Shown: positions 52,116-64,000, counted from the first letter of the stretch. The stretch is DNA of 64,000 nt from Blastocladiella emersonii ATCC 22665 (GCA_025594325.1 JANHCV010000002.1:1674001-1738000), one strand, 5' to 3'. Notes: generated by a model not told the origin, from the letters alone. A program made the numbers and translations.

Positions 52116-55082
52116 GTTCGTCGACGTGCTGCTCGAGGACACGTCGCTGACCGCCGACATGCGCGAGGCGCTCGAGACGGTGCTCATGTCGGCCAACCTG
52201 CTCATGAACCTCGTCAACAACATCCTCGACCTCGCCAAGCTCGAGCACCAGGGGTCCCTGACGTTGTCAGCCTCGCCCTTCTCGGTCCGCGGGTGTATCG
52301 AGAGCTGTATCGATCTCATTGCCCAGCGCATCGAGCACCTCGACGTCGCACTCAACTATATCGTCGCCCCCGACGTTCCCGACGCCGTCGTTGGCGACCG
52401 CACCCGCATCACCCAGGTCCTCGCCAACCTCATGTCCAACTCGGCCAAGTTCACCGAGCACGGCGAGATCTACGTCGTCGTGTCCCGCAACCCCGTCGTG
52501 TTCCCCAACGCCGCAGCGTACCGCTACCACCGCTGCCTCGACTTCACCCCCGGCGCGCGCGCCGCTGCCGCTGCCGCGGCTGCCGCGGCTGCGGATGCGG
52601 CCGGCTCGGACGGCTCGGATGAAGACGAGGCCGCGGGCGGTGGGCCGCGCCCGATCCCGCGCTCCGTGTCGTCGAGCTTCTCGCCGTTCCACGCCGCGAC
52701 CGCCAGCAGCAGCAAGCCCGTGCTGCTCCCGCCCGCGAACCGGCGCCACGTGTCGTCGTCGACGGCCGTCCCGCGCACCATCCGCGAAGCCGACGACGCC
52801 ACCACGCCGCTGCTTGACTCGTCGACGTCGGCGTCGTCGCTCGCCACGCTGACTGCTGGCGCCGGCGCCGACGCGCGGCTACCCGGCAAGGACCTCGCGG
52901 GGCAGCCGACGCCCGTGCAGCGGCGCCGCAGCGTGTCCATGTTCCCCGCGTTCCCCGTCCCGTTCCACGGATCCGGGACCCGGACGACGTCCCCGCCGCT
53001 CGCCTCGCTGTCGTCCAACCCCGCCCCGCTCCCGGACGGCGCGTACCTGTACTTTTACGTCGCCGACACGGGCTCCGGGATCGGCGACGCCGCCATGCAC
53101 CGCCTGTTCGAGCGTTTCGCGCAGGGCGCCGACACCGCGGCCGCGCTCGGCGACCTCCCGTCACCCGCCGTGGCGGCGCCCGCTGCCGCCGGTCTGCATG
53201 CGGCGCAGCGCGCGCACGGCACCGGGCTCGGACTCAGCATCTCGGCCAAACTCGTCGAGCTCCACCACGGGCGCATCTGGGTCCAGTCCGCCCCCGGCGT
53301 CGGGTCCATTTTCGGGTTCGCGCTGCCCATCGACGCGGCCGGGTCGCCGCCACGGATCGGGGGCGCGGCGCCCGTGCCGACCGCGGCGTCGCCGAGTGTG
53401 GGAGGTGGTGCAGGCCAGCGGGCGGCCGCCGTCCCGCTCGCCCCGCCACGGCCCGCGGTGTCGGTCAACCTCGACGAAGTCTCGGGCCTGCTGCGGCCGA
53501 TCGACACGGCAGCGGCGGCCGCGCGCGCTGACGTGGCCGGGAACACGCCGCCCGCGACGGCGCTGCTGATGCAGCCGACACCGACACCCAGTGCGCCGCT
53601 CGACGTCCTCGTCGTCGCGCCCGCGGGCAACGCGACGCGGCACGCGCTGACGAGCATGGTGCACCACTACGGCGCCGCGTGCTGGCCGCACACATCGGCA
53701 CGGGACGCGTTACGCACCGCGCACCGTCTCGCGCTCATGTCGCCGAGCTCGGGGACGTCGAGCGCGGGGCCACGGCGCATGGTGTTCCTCATGTACGACG
53801 TCATGGGCCCGTTCCGCCCGACCCCCACCGCCCCGCAGGGCGGGAGCCACACGGCGGCGGGCGGCCCCGCGACCCCGCTCCGCATCACGCACGGCGTCAA
53901 GTGCAAGTCGGCGCGGTCCATGGCCGCGGACCTCCGCGTGCTCCGCGACGTGGCGCCCGTCGTCCTCGTCGTCCCGCGCGGCACGGTCGCGACGACTGCC
54001 GCCCGCGCGCCGAAGCCGTATAACCCCGACACGCCCATCGCGGACTTGCTGGTGCGGAAACCCATCAAGGCCGCCGCGCTGCACCGTGCCCTTGACCGCG
54101 CTGGCGCGCTCGTCGAGGCTGGGTGGCCGCCCGCGGCGGTGGTCGAGGTGGCGAGGAGCGAGGCGGTCGCGACGCCGTACGGCGGGATGCCGAACGGTGA
54201 CGTCGCGCCCGCAGCGAGAGAGATCCCGACGACGCCGGAGCCGCGCGTTGCGCCGGGCCCGCTGGACGGCGCGGTGGTGCAGGGCGGCGCGGCGGTAGCG
54301 GTGACCAAGACGATGCTGGCGTCAACTTCCTCCTCCTCCTCAACATCGGGCACCGCATGCCTCTCGACGACAACAACAGTAACCGCCAGCACCTGCCCTG
54401 CACCGCCGGCGTGGCAAGACCAGTCGGTCCTGATCGTCGACGACGACCCGATCAACCGCAAGGTGGCGATGCGGCTCATGGCGAGCGCGGGCGTGCGCGG
54501 GACCGTGGCCACGGCGAGCAACGGGCGCGAGGCGCTCGACCGGCTCAAGGCCGAGCCCGACCAGTTCCAGGTCGTGTTCATGGACGTGTCGATGCCTGTC
54601 TTGGTACGTTCGCAATGATTTCGTTGCGCGCTCGACGGCTTGAGACTAACTGCGTGTTTTGCGTGTAGGGTGGACTCGAAGCGACGCAGGAACTCCGCCG
54701 GCGCGAACTCGACTCGCTCGCCGGCTCCTCCGAGCCCAACGGCCACGCCGCCGCGTCCGCGGCTTCCCCGCTTCTCCTTCGCCCACCACCAGGGCGGTTC
54801 GCGGGCGACAGCGACGATGACGACGACGCGTCCCCGTCGCCACCACCATCCTCCCCGCCGCAGCCCCTTGGCCGCCCGCACCAGTGGGTGTGCGCCATGA
54901 CGGCGTCGGCGCTGCCCGAGGAGCGCGACGCGTGCCTGCAGGCCGGCATGGACGATTTCATCTCCAAGCCCATCAAGAAGGACGCGGTCGCGGCCGCCAT
55001 GCAGCGCGCGCTCGCGGCGCGGAACCGGCGAGGAGGCGGGTCGGCGGTCGCGCTCGCGGCGTCCGCGGCCGAGAACGGGTGA
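50500..55082 (+). CDS. Ethylene-receptor (ETR1)-like hybrid histidine kinase; introns 51804-51866 and 54604-54668
   Basis: EBD SDALIAIAYFTIP...FIVGCGLTH; H-box SHELRTP; N, G1 and G2 boxes; receiver VDDD/FMDVSMP/SKP. Confidence 0.9.
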
Positions 55083-55190
55083 CGCTGAGAAGTATATTCG
55101 CGCAGTGCGCACAGCAGCAGCACAGGAGTAGAAGATGTTGGTGATGGTGATCAATGATAGTCCTATTATTTCCTTCACAACTACGCCGTT

Positions 55191-56444
55191 CTACACCTCC
55201 TCGTCGTGCTCGTCGCTCCACTCGTCGCTGCTATCGTCGTCGCTATCGCGGCCGTCGCCAAAGAAGCCGGGCATCAGCAGCTGCGCGAAATTGGGCTGCG
55301 GCTCGTACCCGCTCGACGCCATCCACGCGTCCTCCCACGCGTCGGCGAGCGCGTCCTGGTCGATCTCGTCGCTGTCGCTGTCGCTCGCGTCGCTGTCCAT
55401 CGGATCGTCCTCGTCGTCGTCGTCGTTGAGCGGCTCGGAGCTGACCACGGACATGGCGTCGGACCCGACGGACCCCTCGTCATCACCGGAACCCTCGTCG
55501 CCGCTCTCGAGGTGGCCCTGGAGGACGACGAGGTTGCGCTTGGCCTTGAGCATCGCGACCTCCTCGGCGGGCAGCACGACGTTATAGCACCCGCGGACGT
55601 CGAGTTCCGCGAGCCTCGCGCACCCCTCGATCACGGCGCGCACGCCCGCTTCCGTCACGTCTTCCGCGCCCGCCACGTCGAGCACGCACAGCCGCGGACA
55701 CCGCGCCGCGAGCCACCGCAGCGCCTCGTCCGACACGTCGGGCCCGGCGCTCAGCCGGCACTCCTCGATCCCGCGGCAGTAGTGGAACAGCGCGTGCAGG
55801 CCCGACTGCGTGATGCGCGTGCACCCCTCGAGGTCGATGCGGCGGAGTTGCGTGGATGCGCCGCGGGCGACGGCTTGCAGCGTCGAGTCGTGCAGGTTGT
55901 CGGTCGTGTTCAGGTCCCACACCTGCGCGAACGTCGCCAGGTTGATGTGCGCGAACGGCGGCGGGGTGTCGGGCGACGTGTCCATGGCATCATCGTCGTT
56001 GTCGGTCGGCGGAGCCGGGGCGAGCCGCCGCGCGGCCTCGACGGCCCGCGCGAGCCGCTCAATGTCGACAAACACCCGCGGCAGGGTCTCCCAGCGGCCG
56101 ACGAGGCTGGCGAGCGAGAAGGTGCGGAGGTGCGCGAGGAGGCGGAACCTTGGCCTGCCGGGGGCCACGTCAGCGGCGACCCTGGTGCGGTCGAGGTCCT
56201 CGTCCACAAACTGCGTGCCGTCGAGCCGCCCGAGGGCGTCGAGCCCGGCGTCCTCGGTGATGGTCCGCACGTAGAGCGCGAGCTTGCGCGCGCTCGTGAT
56301 CCGCGGCGCAGCGTACAGCAGCGGCGTGCAGTTTGTGTAGAGCGCGCGGCACGTCCGCGCCAGCGCGCCGATGTTGTTGTCGCACGCGGCGGCGATGGAG
56401 GCGAGGAGTTCGGCGGGTATTCTTTCCAGGGTGGATGATTGCAT
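55191..56444 (-). CDS. F-box/LRR (FBXL-like) protein with an acidic tail
   Basis: LERIPAELLASI F-box-like start; LRRIDLEGCTRIT-type Cys-LRRs. Confidence 0.8.
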   Translation of the reverse strand: MQSSTLERIPAELLASIAAACDNNIGALARTCRALYTNCTPLLYAAPRITSARKLALYVRTITEDAGLDALGRLDGTQFVDEDLDRTRVAADVAPGRPRFRLLAHLRTFSLASLVGRWETLPRVFVDIERLARAVEAARRLAPAPPTDNDDDAMDTSPDTPPPFAHINLATFAQVWDLNTTDNLHDSTLQAVARGASTQLRRIDLEGCTRITQSGLHALFHYCRGIEECRLSAGPDVSDEALRWLAARCPRLCVLDVAGAEDVTEAGVRAVIEGCARLAELDVRGCYNVVLPAEEVAMLKAKRNLVVLQGHLESGDEGSGDDEGSVGSDAMSVVSSEPLNDDDDEDDPMDSDASDSDSDEIDQDALADAWEDAWMASSGYEPQPNFAQLLMPGFFGDGRDSDDDSSDEWSDEHDEEV

Positions 56445-56644
56445 GGCAGTATGGTTTTGAAGCGTGTGTGGGCGGAGGAGAGAGGGAGGCGCTGAGGTGA
56501 GTGAGGGGAGGGAGTGTGGCGCGGTTCGGGCGAGGATCGGCCGCGCGGCTCAGGTGATGCGTTGCCACGACGAGTCCAGCGATGGGATGGGATGGATGAC
56601 AGATGCTATATTATAGTGTACAGGTACGAAGAATCGCCACCAGT

Positions 56645-57930
56645 CTAGTTGGCGGCGGATCCCTCCGCAGCGGCGGGCGCGGCAGCCGCCGCCTCGCCCC
56701 CCTCCTCCGCCTGTGCCTTCTTCTTGGCGTCCATGCGGGCCTTGACGACGGCGAGGACCGAGTCGAAGCTGAAGTCGTTGGGCGACGTGTACATCTGCTC
56801 GACGAGGGAGAACTCGTCGTTGACGTAAAAGTTGCGCATGCCCTGGGTCAGGCGCTTGGCCGTCTCGAGCGGGCACTGCTTGGTGTCGCCCTCGCCGTGG
56901 ACCAGCACAATGCCCTTGGACTCCATGAGGTCCGTGTAGTAGGTCAGCGTCAGCAGCACGGGCGCCTCGCCGCCGTGCGTCTTGTACGCCAGCAGCGACG
57001 TGAAGAAGGTCTGGTGGCCCTCGTGCTGCATCAGGTAGTTTTCCGCGTCCTCGCCGCGGAAGACGGGCAGGACAAACTAGATGACGAGTGCGTGGTGAGT
57101 GGCCGGGACGATCGCGGGTAGTGAGAGGGGGATAGCGCACCATGGGGTACTTCTTGGCGCGCGCGTGCAGCGTCAGGTACACGTCGCGCGGGATCACGGC
57201 GCTGATGTTGTCGTGGTTGGCGTGGAACCCGACCCACAGCTTCTCGATGACCTCGGCCGACTCGTCCTTGAGCTTGTCGAGGTGCATAATGTCCTTGAGC
57301 GGCTACACTCGTCGGGGAGGCGCGGACGTCGGTGCTCGCGATCGAGGGAGCGCACACGTGGAAGCCGGAGCCGTACCTTGACGTGCGGGGGCAGCGTGCT
57401 GCTCGCGATACTCGACGCGAGCTTGGCGGCCTCGGCCTTCTCCTCCTCGATGGCGCGCTTGAGCGCCTCCTTCTCCTCGAGCGTGCGGCGCTGCTTGTAC
57501 GCGTCCATCATCTCCTGCACCGAGCTGAAGCCCTGGCTACACGGCAGAAACCCGATTGCGGGGTCATAATCCGGCCAAGGGGTCGGCCGCACGACGACAG
57601 CACACGTACGACTTGGCGCGCTCGAGCAGCTTCTCGGCATACTTTGCCTCAAAGTCGGGCGGCGGCGCTACGAGGTCAATATGAGCCGGAGACGTCCCGC
57701 GAGCGTGCGAGTTCAAGTCGGTGCATGGGGTTAGAAGACTGCATCAGGCCAGATCACAGCAAGAAGTTGTAGCGGGTCTTACCCGAGTAGCTCCGGCGCG
57801 AGTCGGCCGCGGCCTCGACGGTCGTGGACGTCGGCGGCGGGGCCACCGAGACGCCGGCGAGCGCGGCGGCGTTGCGGCTGGCAATGGTGCGCAGCGAGGC
57901 GCGGGTGAGGAAGGTCGAGGTGCGCAGCAT
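56645..57930 (-). CDS. ATP11: ATP11 mitochondrial F1-ATPase assembly factor; ~4 introns
   Basis: MTS MLRTSTFL; AKYAEKL; KDIMHLDKL..IEKLW; KYPMFVLPV; TSLLAYK..A; DLMESKGIVL. Confidence 0.88.
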
Positions 57931-58476
57931 CTGTTGGGCCTGGTCGGTGATGCCAGGAGCGGCGGGGACGGACTGCGCGAGCTCCTGCTTCTTGGTCGGC
58001 TTCTGCAGCTTCTTGCCGTGGTTTCGCTTGGGCGGCATCGTGGTCTGCGCGGGTCGCGGTGCAGGGTGGGAGGGAGCGCCGAGGGACCGGCCGCGACTTG
58101 CAGCAGCGATCAACGCTGCAGCCCAGTCAGCCCAGCAGCACGCCACTCCCATCACTCGCCGCCGCGATCAGCGATCCGCGTGTGTGGCGCGGCGCGAAAC
58201 TCGGTACGCGACGGTTCCCGGTAAGGCGTGGGCGCGACACACGCAGCGACGCGACACGCTCTCGCACCCGCCCCGGCTCTCCGTCTCCCGCGGCCGCCGT
58301 CTTTGTCGCGCAGCGCACGCGCCGTGACGGGCGCCATCGCGCAGCTGCGGTGCGCCGATACTCCTCACCGGACCGCCCTCGACCAATCTTCATGGCACCC
58401 AGGTGCAGATCGCTACGCGCACCCACACACATGTTGCAAAACGACCGCTGCTTGAGCGCTGCCGCACCATGACACC

Positions 58477-60423
58477 ATGAATCGAGTCCACAACCTCCGA
58501 AAAGCGCAGAGTGAGCTCAGCAATGCACCCGGATCACACTCGCTGCCGACGCGCGCCGAGCCCGCGCTGCTGTCGACCGCCACGAGCGCGTCCAACGCGC
58601 CGCTGCTCGGCCGCGCCGGCCCATCCACGTCGTCGGCCGTGCTCGTGCCACCACGAAGCGAGGCGAGGTCGTCGCTGCTCTCGCCGCCCAATTCGGCAAA
58701 CACGTCGCCCGACAACTCGGCGGGCGCGCCGCTGCTCCGATCGCTGGGCACCCCGCCGATTCCGTCGGCGACGTCGATTGCGCTCGCCACCACCCCGCCG
58801 ACCCCTCCCGCGCAGCCGCCGCCACCATCGCCACCTCCACCAACCAACCTCCTCGTGCGATGGTACCGCGCCGCGTGCGGGTTCCAGGTGATGCCGCGGT
58901 CGCGGTTCCAGGAGGTGCAGGAGGCCGGCATGATCGCTGTCTCGCTGGCGCAGGTCGCGCTCGTGCCCATCGAGATCGCGTTCCAGGCGAGCGCGCTGCC
59001 GGGTCTCCGCGGCCTGATCGTGCGGTTCATTGTCCTCGCCTACAACCTGTTCGACATCTGGCTGCAGTTCCGCACCGCGTACTACGACAAGCAGGGCAAG
59101 CTGGTCACGGACCGCGCGACCATCGCCGCGCGGTACCGGCGGAACGGCCTGCCCTACCACGTCCTCGCGTGCATCCCGTTCGACGCGCTCGTGTACCCGT
59201 TCACGGCCGAGTCGGGACCGCGCTACGCCCGCCTCGGGTGCATGTTCCACCTGTACCGCTGGTACCGGCTCATGGCCGACCGCGGCAAGTCGCTGCAGGC
59301 GAAACCCGCGTCGACGCTCGCTATCGCCGCCTTCTTTGTGCTACAAGGTTTGCACTGGTGCACGTGCATCTGGTGGTTCCTCCAGGTCCTCGAGCAGGAC
59401 GACCCCGTGTCGTGGGTCCGCAAGGAGGTCCCCATCGACCTGTACGGCGACGCGGCGCACCCGGCACCGAGTATCGCCGTCAAGTACCTCTACGTCCTCG
59501 CCTTCACGCTCAACGGTACGTTCGCCTCGGAGACGCGGGTTGTGTGAGCAGCCGGCTAACGCGGGCTATCGCGCCAGTCATCAGCGCGCCCGGATACGGC
59601 ATCTTCAAGTCGTACAGCATCACCGAGATCGCCATGTCGCTCGCCTTCAACCTGACGGGCACCGCCGCCGTGGCCATCTACCTCGTACGCTCACTCCCTC
59701 GCCAACGCTGCTCCATCGCCGCCGCCGCCGCTAACCGTCCACGCATAGGCCTCGTTCATCTCGGTCCTCACCAACAAGCTCACGGTCCAGACTGAGATGG
59801 AGCAGCAGGTACAGACCGTCCTAGACTACATGCGCGACCACCAGCTGCCGCCGGACCTGCAGGACCGCGCCATCGAGTACTACCGCCTGATCTGGCGGCT
59901 GCACCAGGGCCGCGACACGGGCAACGTGCTCGTCGAGCTCCCCGGCTGCATGCGCGGCGAGATCGCCCTGCAGGCGTGCGGCGCCGCGCTACGACTCGTC
60001 CCCATGTTCGCCACCGCCTCGGAACCCTTTCTCCGCCTGATCGCGACGCGGTGCCAGGAACGCGCCTTCATCGCGGGCGAGTACATCATCCGGCGCGGCG
60101 AGAAGGGCACCGAGATGTACCTCCTGCACCGCGGCCGCGCCGATATCGTGTCCGACGACCTGGCCAAGGTCTGGGCCACGCTGCACGGGGGGTCGTTCTT
60201 TGGCGAGATCGCCCTGTTCGCGAACCTGCCAAGGACGGCGAACGTCGTCACGCAGACCGTGTGCCACCTCTTTGTCCTCCACCGCGCCGACCTGACCGAG
60301 GTCCTGCGCGGGTTCCCGCAGGAGGAGCGCGAGATCGCGGGGCAGGTCGCGGACCGGCTCGCCAAGCTCGCGGCTGCCGATAGCCAACGACGAGTGCCGG
60401 CGCCGGCCCGGCCAGCGAGATGA
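58477..60423 (+). CDS. Cyclic-nucleotide-gated/KCNH-like 6-TM cation channel with CNBD; 2 introns
   Basis: DIWLQFRTAY; pore ..PGYG; C-linker DYMRDHQLPPDLQDRAIEYY; CNBD FFGEIALFANLPRTANV. Confidence 0.88.
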
Positions 60424-60486
60424 ATAGATGCAAAACTGATACCATTTACACATATACCACTAGACTAGATACAACCCACCGCCCAA

Positions 60487-62088
60487 TCAGTGCGCGTCCT
60501 CGGCCTGGAACGGCCCGTCCCACGTGTCGAGCCGCGCGCACACCATGTACGGCTTGTCGTGCAGCAGGTCCTGGACCGCGTACCACCGCGCGTTGTGCGG
60601 GCGGTAGTCAGCGCCCTCGGCGTGGAACCACGCGAGCGACTTGCCGTCGCCGCCGTCGGGGACAAAGTACGGCAGGAACCCGCCCGGGTACGGCGTGCGC
60701 GCGTGGCTCTCCGTGTCCTCGGCCGCGATCGTGCCCCACACCTCGCCGCGGTAGATGGCCACGGTGCCGTCGTCGCGCAGCAGGCCCAGCATGCTCACGA
60801 ACAGCGCGCGCGACCCGGCGTACCGGTCGAGCGACCCCGCCCACCGGATGTGCGTCCCCGTGTACTCGGCGGCGGCGTCCGGGATCTCGAGCGACGTGTC
60901 ATCGCAGATCACGCCCGCGCCCACCGACGTCGCCTTGTACCGCATGATCGTGATCGGGTCCGACGCGGGCTCCGGCATGTCGCGCGTGTCGACCGTCAGC
61001 GACGCCACGTGCGGCGCCAGGTACCACCCGAACTCGGCCTGCTTGAGCTTGTTGCTCGTGTTGACGCGCAGGTGCGCCGTCGACCACCGCGGGTGCACCG
61101 CGTGGTACAGCTGCGGGAGCGTGTACTCGGTCGCGGCCGTGGTGACCGCGGGGTCGGTGCTGAGCAGCGTCACGGTCGGGGCGGGCGGCGAAGCGGCCGT
61201 CGAGTAGACCTGGACATCGAGCGTGTGCTCGCCGCCGTGGATCGCGGCGAGGACCGACGGAAGGAACTTGAGCGTCGCGTCAATGTTCTTGCGGTCGTCG
61301 TCGCTGAACTTGCACAGCGTCGCCGCACCGCCGTTGGCCTCGGCCGCGAACCGCCGGAACAGCGACGACAGCAGCACCGCCTTGAACGTGGACCAGTGCG
61401 TGTGCGGCGGGCCGGGCAGCTGCAGCTGGGCGGCGGATTCGGCGGGGAACGACGCTGCGAACCGCTCGGCGAACCCGGCGTGCGCCACGGGCCAGATGCG
61501 GCTGACGTGCGGGACCGCGGGCAGCAGGCCGAGCCGGTGCAGGAACGTCAGGCCCGCGTGGATCGTCTCGGGCCGGTGCAGCCGCGCCGTCACGATCCAC
61601 ACGTTGTCCGGGTCCGTCGCCAGCGCGTGCACGAGCTCGGACCACAGCGGGCCCTGCCACGCGTACTGGTTGCGCGGCGGGAGGTCGGTGCCGTTGGCGT
61701 TGGCGTGGTCGGGTTCGGGTTCGGGTTCGGGTGCCGCGGGGAAGGTCGTAGCGTCGGTCGTGATGCCGAGGGCAGCGCACAGGTCGCGGAGATAGTACGA
61801 CGGCGTGCCCGGCGCGGCGTCGGCGGGCAGCTCGGCAAACTCGAGCAGCGAGTCGGGGAACCGGACGTGGTACGCGGCGAGGTCGCGCAGTGCGCGTTGC
61901 TCGTCCGACTTGAGCACGGCGTACGCGCCCGTCGAGATGCGGAACGGCTCGCCCGCGGCGTTGAACAGCAGGATCGGCGTCGGCATATGGAAAACATTGT
62001 CGTCGAAGTCGAACAGGTGCATCACGCGGCCGTACGGCCCGCGGCCCGCCGGCACGTCGCGGTAGGTCGGCGGCGAAGAGAGTTTCAT
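60487..62088 (-). CDS. HAD-like phosphatase fused to a Ham1/ITPase-like pyrophosphatase, intronless
   Basis: N-terminal LFDFDDNVFHMPT, IVTAR, FSDDD; C-terminal NTSNKLKQAEF, RYKA, DDTSL, YRGEVWGTI, FLPYFVP, NAR. Confidence 0.75.
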   Translation of the reverse strand: MKLSSPPTYRDVPAGRGPYGRVMHLFDFDDNVFHMPTPILLFNAAGEPFRISTGAYAVLKSDEQRALRDLAAYHVRFPDSLLEFAELPADAAPGTPSYYLRDLCAALGITTDATTFPAAPEPEPEPDHANANGTDLPPRNQYAWQGPLWSELVHALATDPDNVWIVTARLHRPETIHAGLTFLHRLGLLPAVPHVSRIWPVAHAGFAERFAASFPAESAAQLQLPGPPHTHWSTFKAVLLSSLFRRFAAEANGGAATLCKFSDDDRKNIDATLKFLPSVLAAIHGGEHTLDVQVYSTAASPPAPTVTLLSTDPAVTTAATEYTLPQLYHAVHPRWSTAHLRVNTSNKLKQAEFGWYLAPHVASLTVDTRDMPEPASDPITIMRYKATSVGAGVICDDTSLEIPDAAAEYTGTHIRWAGSLDRYAGSRALFVSMLGLLRDDGTVAIYRGEVWGTIAAEDTESHARTPYPGGFLPYFVPDGGDGKSLAWFHAEGADYRPHNARWYAVQDLLHDKPYMVCARLDTWDGPFQAEDAH

Positions 62089-62317
62089 TGCAAGTGCGTG
62101 GGGTCTAGAACGGATTGAGGGTGAGGGAGAGATAGGGTGGAAAGGGCGATCGGCGAGCAAGCTTTTTGAGTGCGAGACATTTTCGATCAGTCGTGTGAGT
62201 CTCACATGATTTCGCGTCACGTCCACGTCGGTTCGCGTCTCCGTCGCGTCAGACCCACCTCATCCCGAGGCGGGTAGCACCTGAGGCGAGCCTAATTTAG
62301 AAGCGCCAGTTATTGCA

Positions 62318-64000
62318 ATGAATCGATCGTACACGCCGCCGCGGCAGTGGCAGCTGAAATGCCCCAAGGAGCTCGAGGAGGACCTGCACGCCGCGCTGCA
62401 GCTCCGGCTGTTCATCGTGCAGGAGTTTGGGCCCCTCAAGTTTGCCGTCCGCGACGGCGAGGGACAGGTGTTCCACGTCGTCCTCGGGTCCGTCAATGGA
62501 TGACCGCATCGTCAGGCGAGTGAGTAGTTGACGTCTTGCTGCCTGGTTAGCACGCAGCACCAGTGTTCGTGCATCACGGAGGCCAGTAAAGAGGCCTCAT
62601 GTAAGTTGCTCTGCCGCCACATCATCTGGTCGCTGCATCGGCGGCTTCGGATCGCCGAGTCCTCGCCGCTGCTGTACCAGAGCGGGCTCGCCGAGCACGA
62701 GCTGTCGCGATTGACCGTTCCCTCGGGCGGTGTCGTGAGGTAAGCTAACTGCCTCGAGCGGCTTCATTCTTTGACTGACCGAGTGCTATCCCGGACGTAG
62801 GAAGGGCAAGGCGAGAGCTACCTCGGCCTCGAAGAGCAAGTCGAGTTCGGTGCAGCAAAAGCCCATCACCGAGGACGATGTGTGGTACGGCCGACTAAAG
62901 AGTCGTCTCGCGCAGTGGCATCTTGACTCACGCAGGGCTTGCCGAGTGTAGCCCGATCTGCCAGGAGACGTTCGTGAGCAGCACCACGCCCGTATGCTAC
63001 TGCCGCGGGAGCTGCGGCAACAACGTCCACGTCCCGTGCATGAAGCTCGTCGCCGAGCACCAGGTCAAGGCCATGGGCCGCGAAACGGTCGCTTGTCCGG
63101 TACGGCTGTCGATTCTGTCGTTGGTGGCACCAACAATTGAGCTCGCTTTGTTCGTCCGTGTAGTTGTGCCGCGCCGACTTCGGTCCCATCGAGGAGCTCG
63201 AGCAGCTCGACAAGGACTGGGAGCGCGAGCGCCGCGCGCAGACCATGAACAAGCGCACCAGCAAGACCGTCGCCCGGCTGCACGTCGGCGTCTACTGCCG
63301 CGGGTGCAGCTCGGCTGTCCGCGGCCGCTGCTATCGATGCACTGAGTGTGAGGTACATCTCTGTCTTGCTGTTGAACCATGCCACAACTGACCAACGTCA
63401 ACATGGTAGTCGTACGCGCTGTGCTCTGGGTGCTTTGACGATGGTCTCCACCGCGAGCATCCGTTCCAGTTCAAGGACGACCCCAAGGCGCCGTTCTGGG
63501 CCGTCGCTACGCGATGTACGTTTTCGAAGTCGGCCACGCGTTGCCTCGCACCGCTCACTCTCCGCACTGCGGCATTTTAGATCTCAAACCCGAGTTGTCC
63601 GAGTCCGAAGCCGCGGCGCTGCAGGTGCGTCGATCCTCATTCGTGGTCGGTGGTCGATGGTTGAGGCACTAACCACTCTTCCGTATAGTCTCGAGACCTC
63701 ACGGACGCCGACTACCAGGTGCTCACGAGCCTCGACCAGCCCAAGTCGATCCAGGGCTACCCGCGCCTGCACGCCGTGAACACGCTCCCGCTCATTCAGA
63801 TCCCGCGCTCCATGGGTCCTGCCGCCGACGGTTCCGACAGCAACACGAGCCAATGCCACGTCTGCCTAGCTGATCTCGTGGCCGGCGAGACGGTTCGCCG
63901 ACTGCCCTGCTCGCACTCTCGCTTCCACCACGACTGCGTCGACCGCTGGCTCATCCAGAACTCGACCCGCTGCCCCGAGTGTTCCGAGCACGTCCTCATC
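62318..64000 (+). CDS. ZSWIM2: ZSWIM2/MEX-like E3 ligase (SWIM, RING, ZZ, RING); multi-intron; runs to the window edge
   Basis: CSC...CRHIIW; CPICQE...CGNNVHVPC; HVGVYCRGC...YRCTEC; [26 protein letters not shown]. Confidence 0.85.

Noticed and set aside
1-64000. rRNA or tRNA genes
   Set aside because: None recognised by eye; tRNAscan-SE or Infernal would be needed to exclude them.

Overview
GC-rich eukaryotic DNA with short GT-AG introns (GTACG donors). The gene set (ENA ATPase, Nha1, ATP11, KRI1, flagellar DRC8/EFCAB2, an ETR1-like kinase) points to a zoosporic, early-diverging fungus, probably Blastocladiomycota; this is inferred, not proven. Bases 1 to ~14640 are the right part of an endogenous Polinton-like/virophage-type dsDNA virus. 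It encodes a fibre protein, an A32-like packaging ATPase, a double jelly-roll major capsid protein, a penton, an amphipathic pVI-like peptide and small ORFs, followed by a repeat- and hairpin-rich terminus. Seven of its genes share an exactly spaced upstream motif, TGTTG-N8-TAA(A/T). The virus is decayed, with lesions mostly at inferred CpG sites, and its penton is split by a young, intact Ty3/gypsy chromovirus (6850-12140, TSD TACTC, self-priming PBS, GGGAAAC -1 frameshift). Next comes a tandem array of LRR genes and membrane SPRY/PY-motif genes, one of them split by a 1285-bp CACAG-ended DNA transposon. The rest is host genes, including a T4-like DNA ligase, a HAD-Ham1 fusion, a PAS-guanylate cyclase, a CNG-type channel and an ethylene-receptor-like hybrid kinase.
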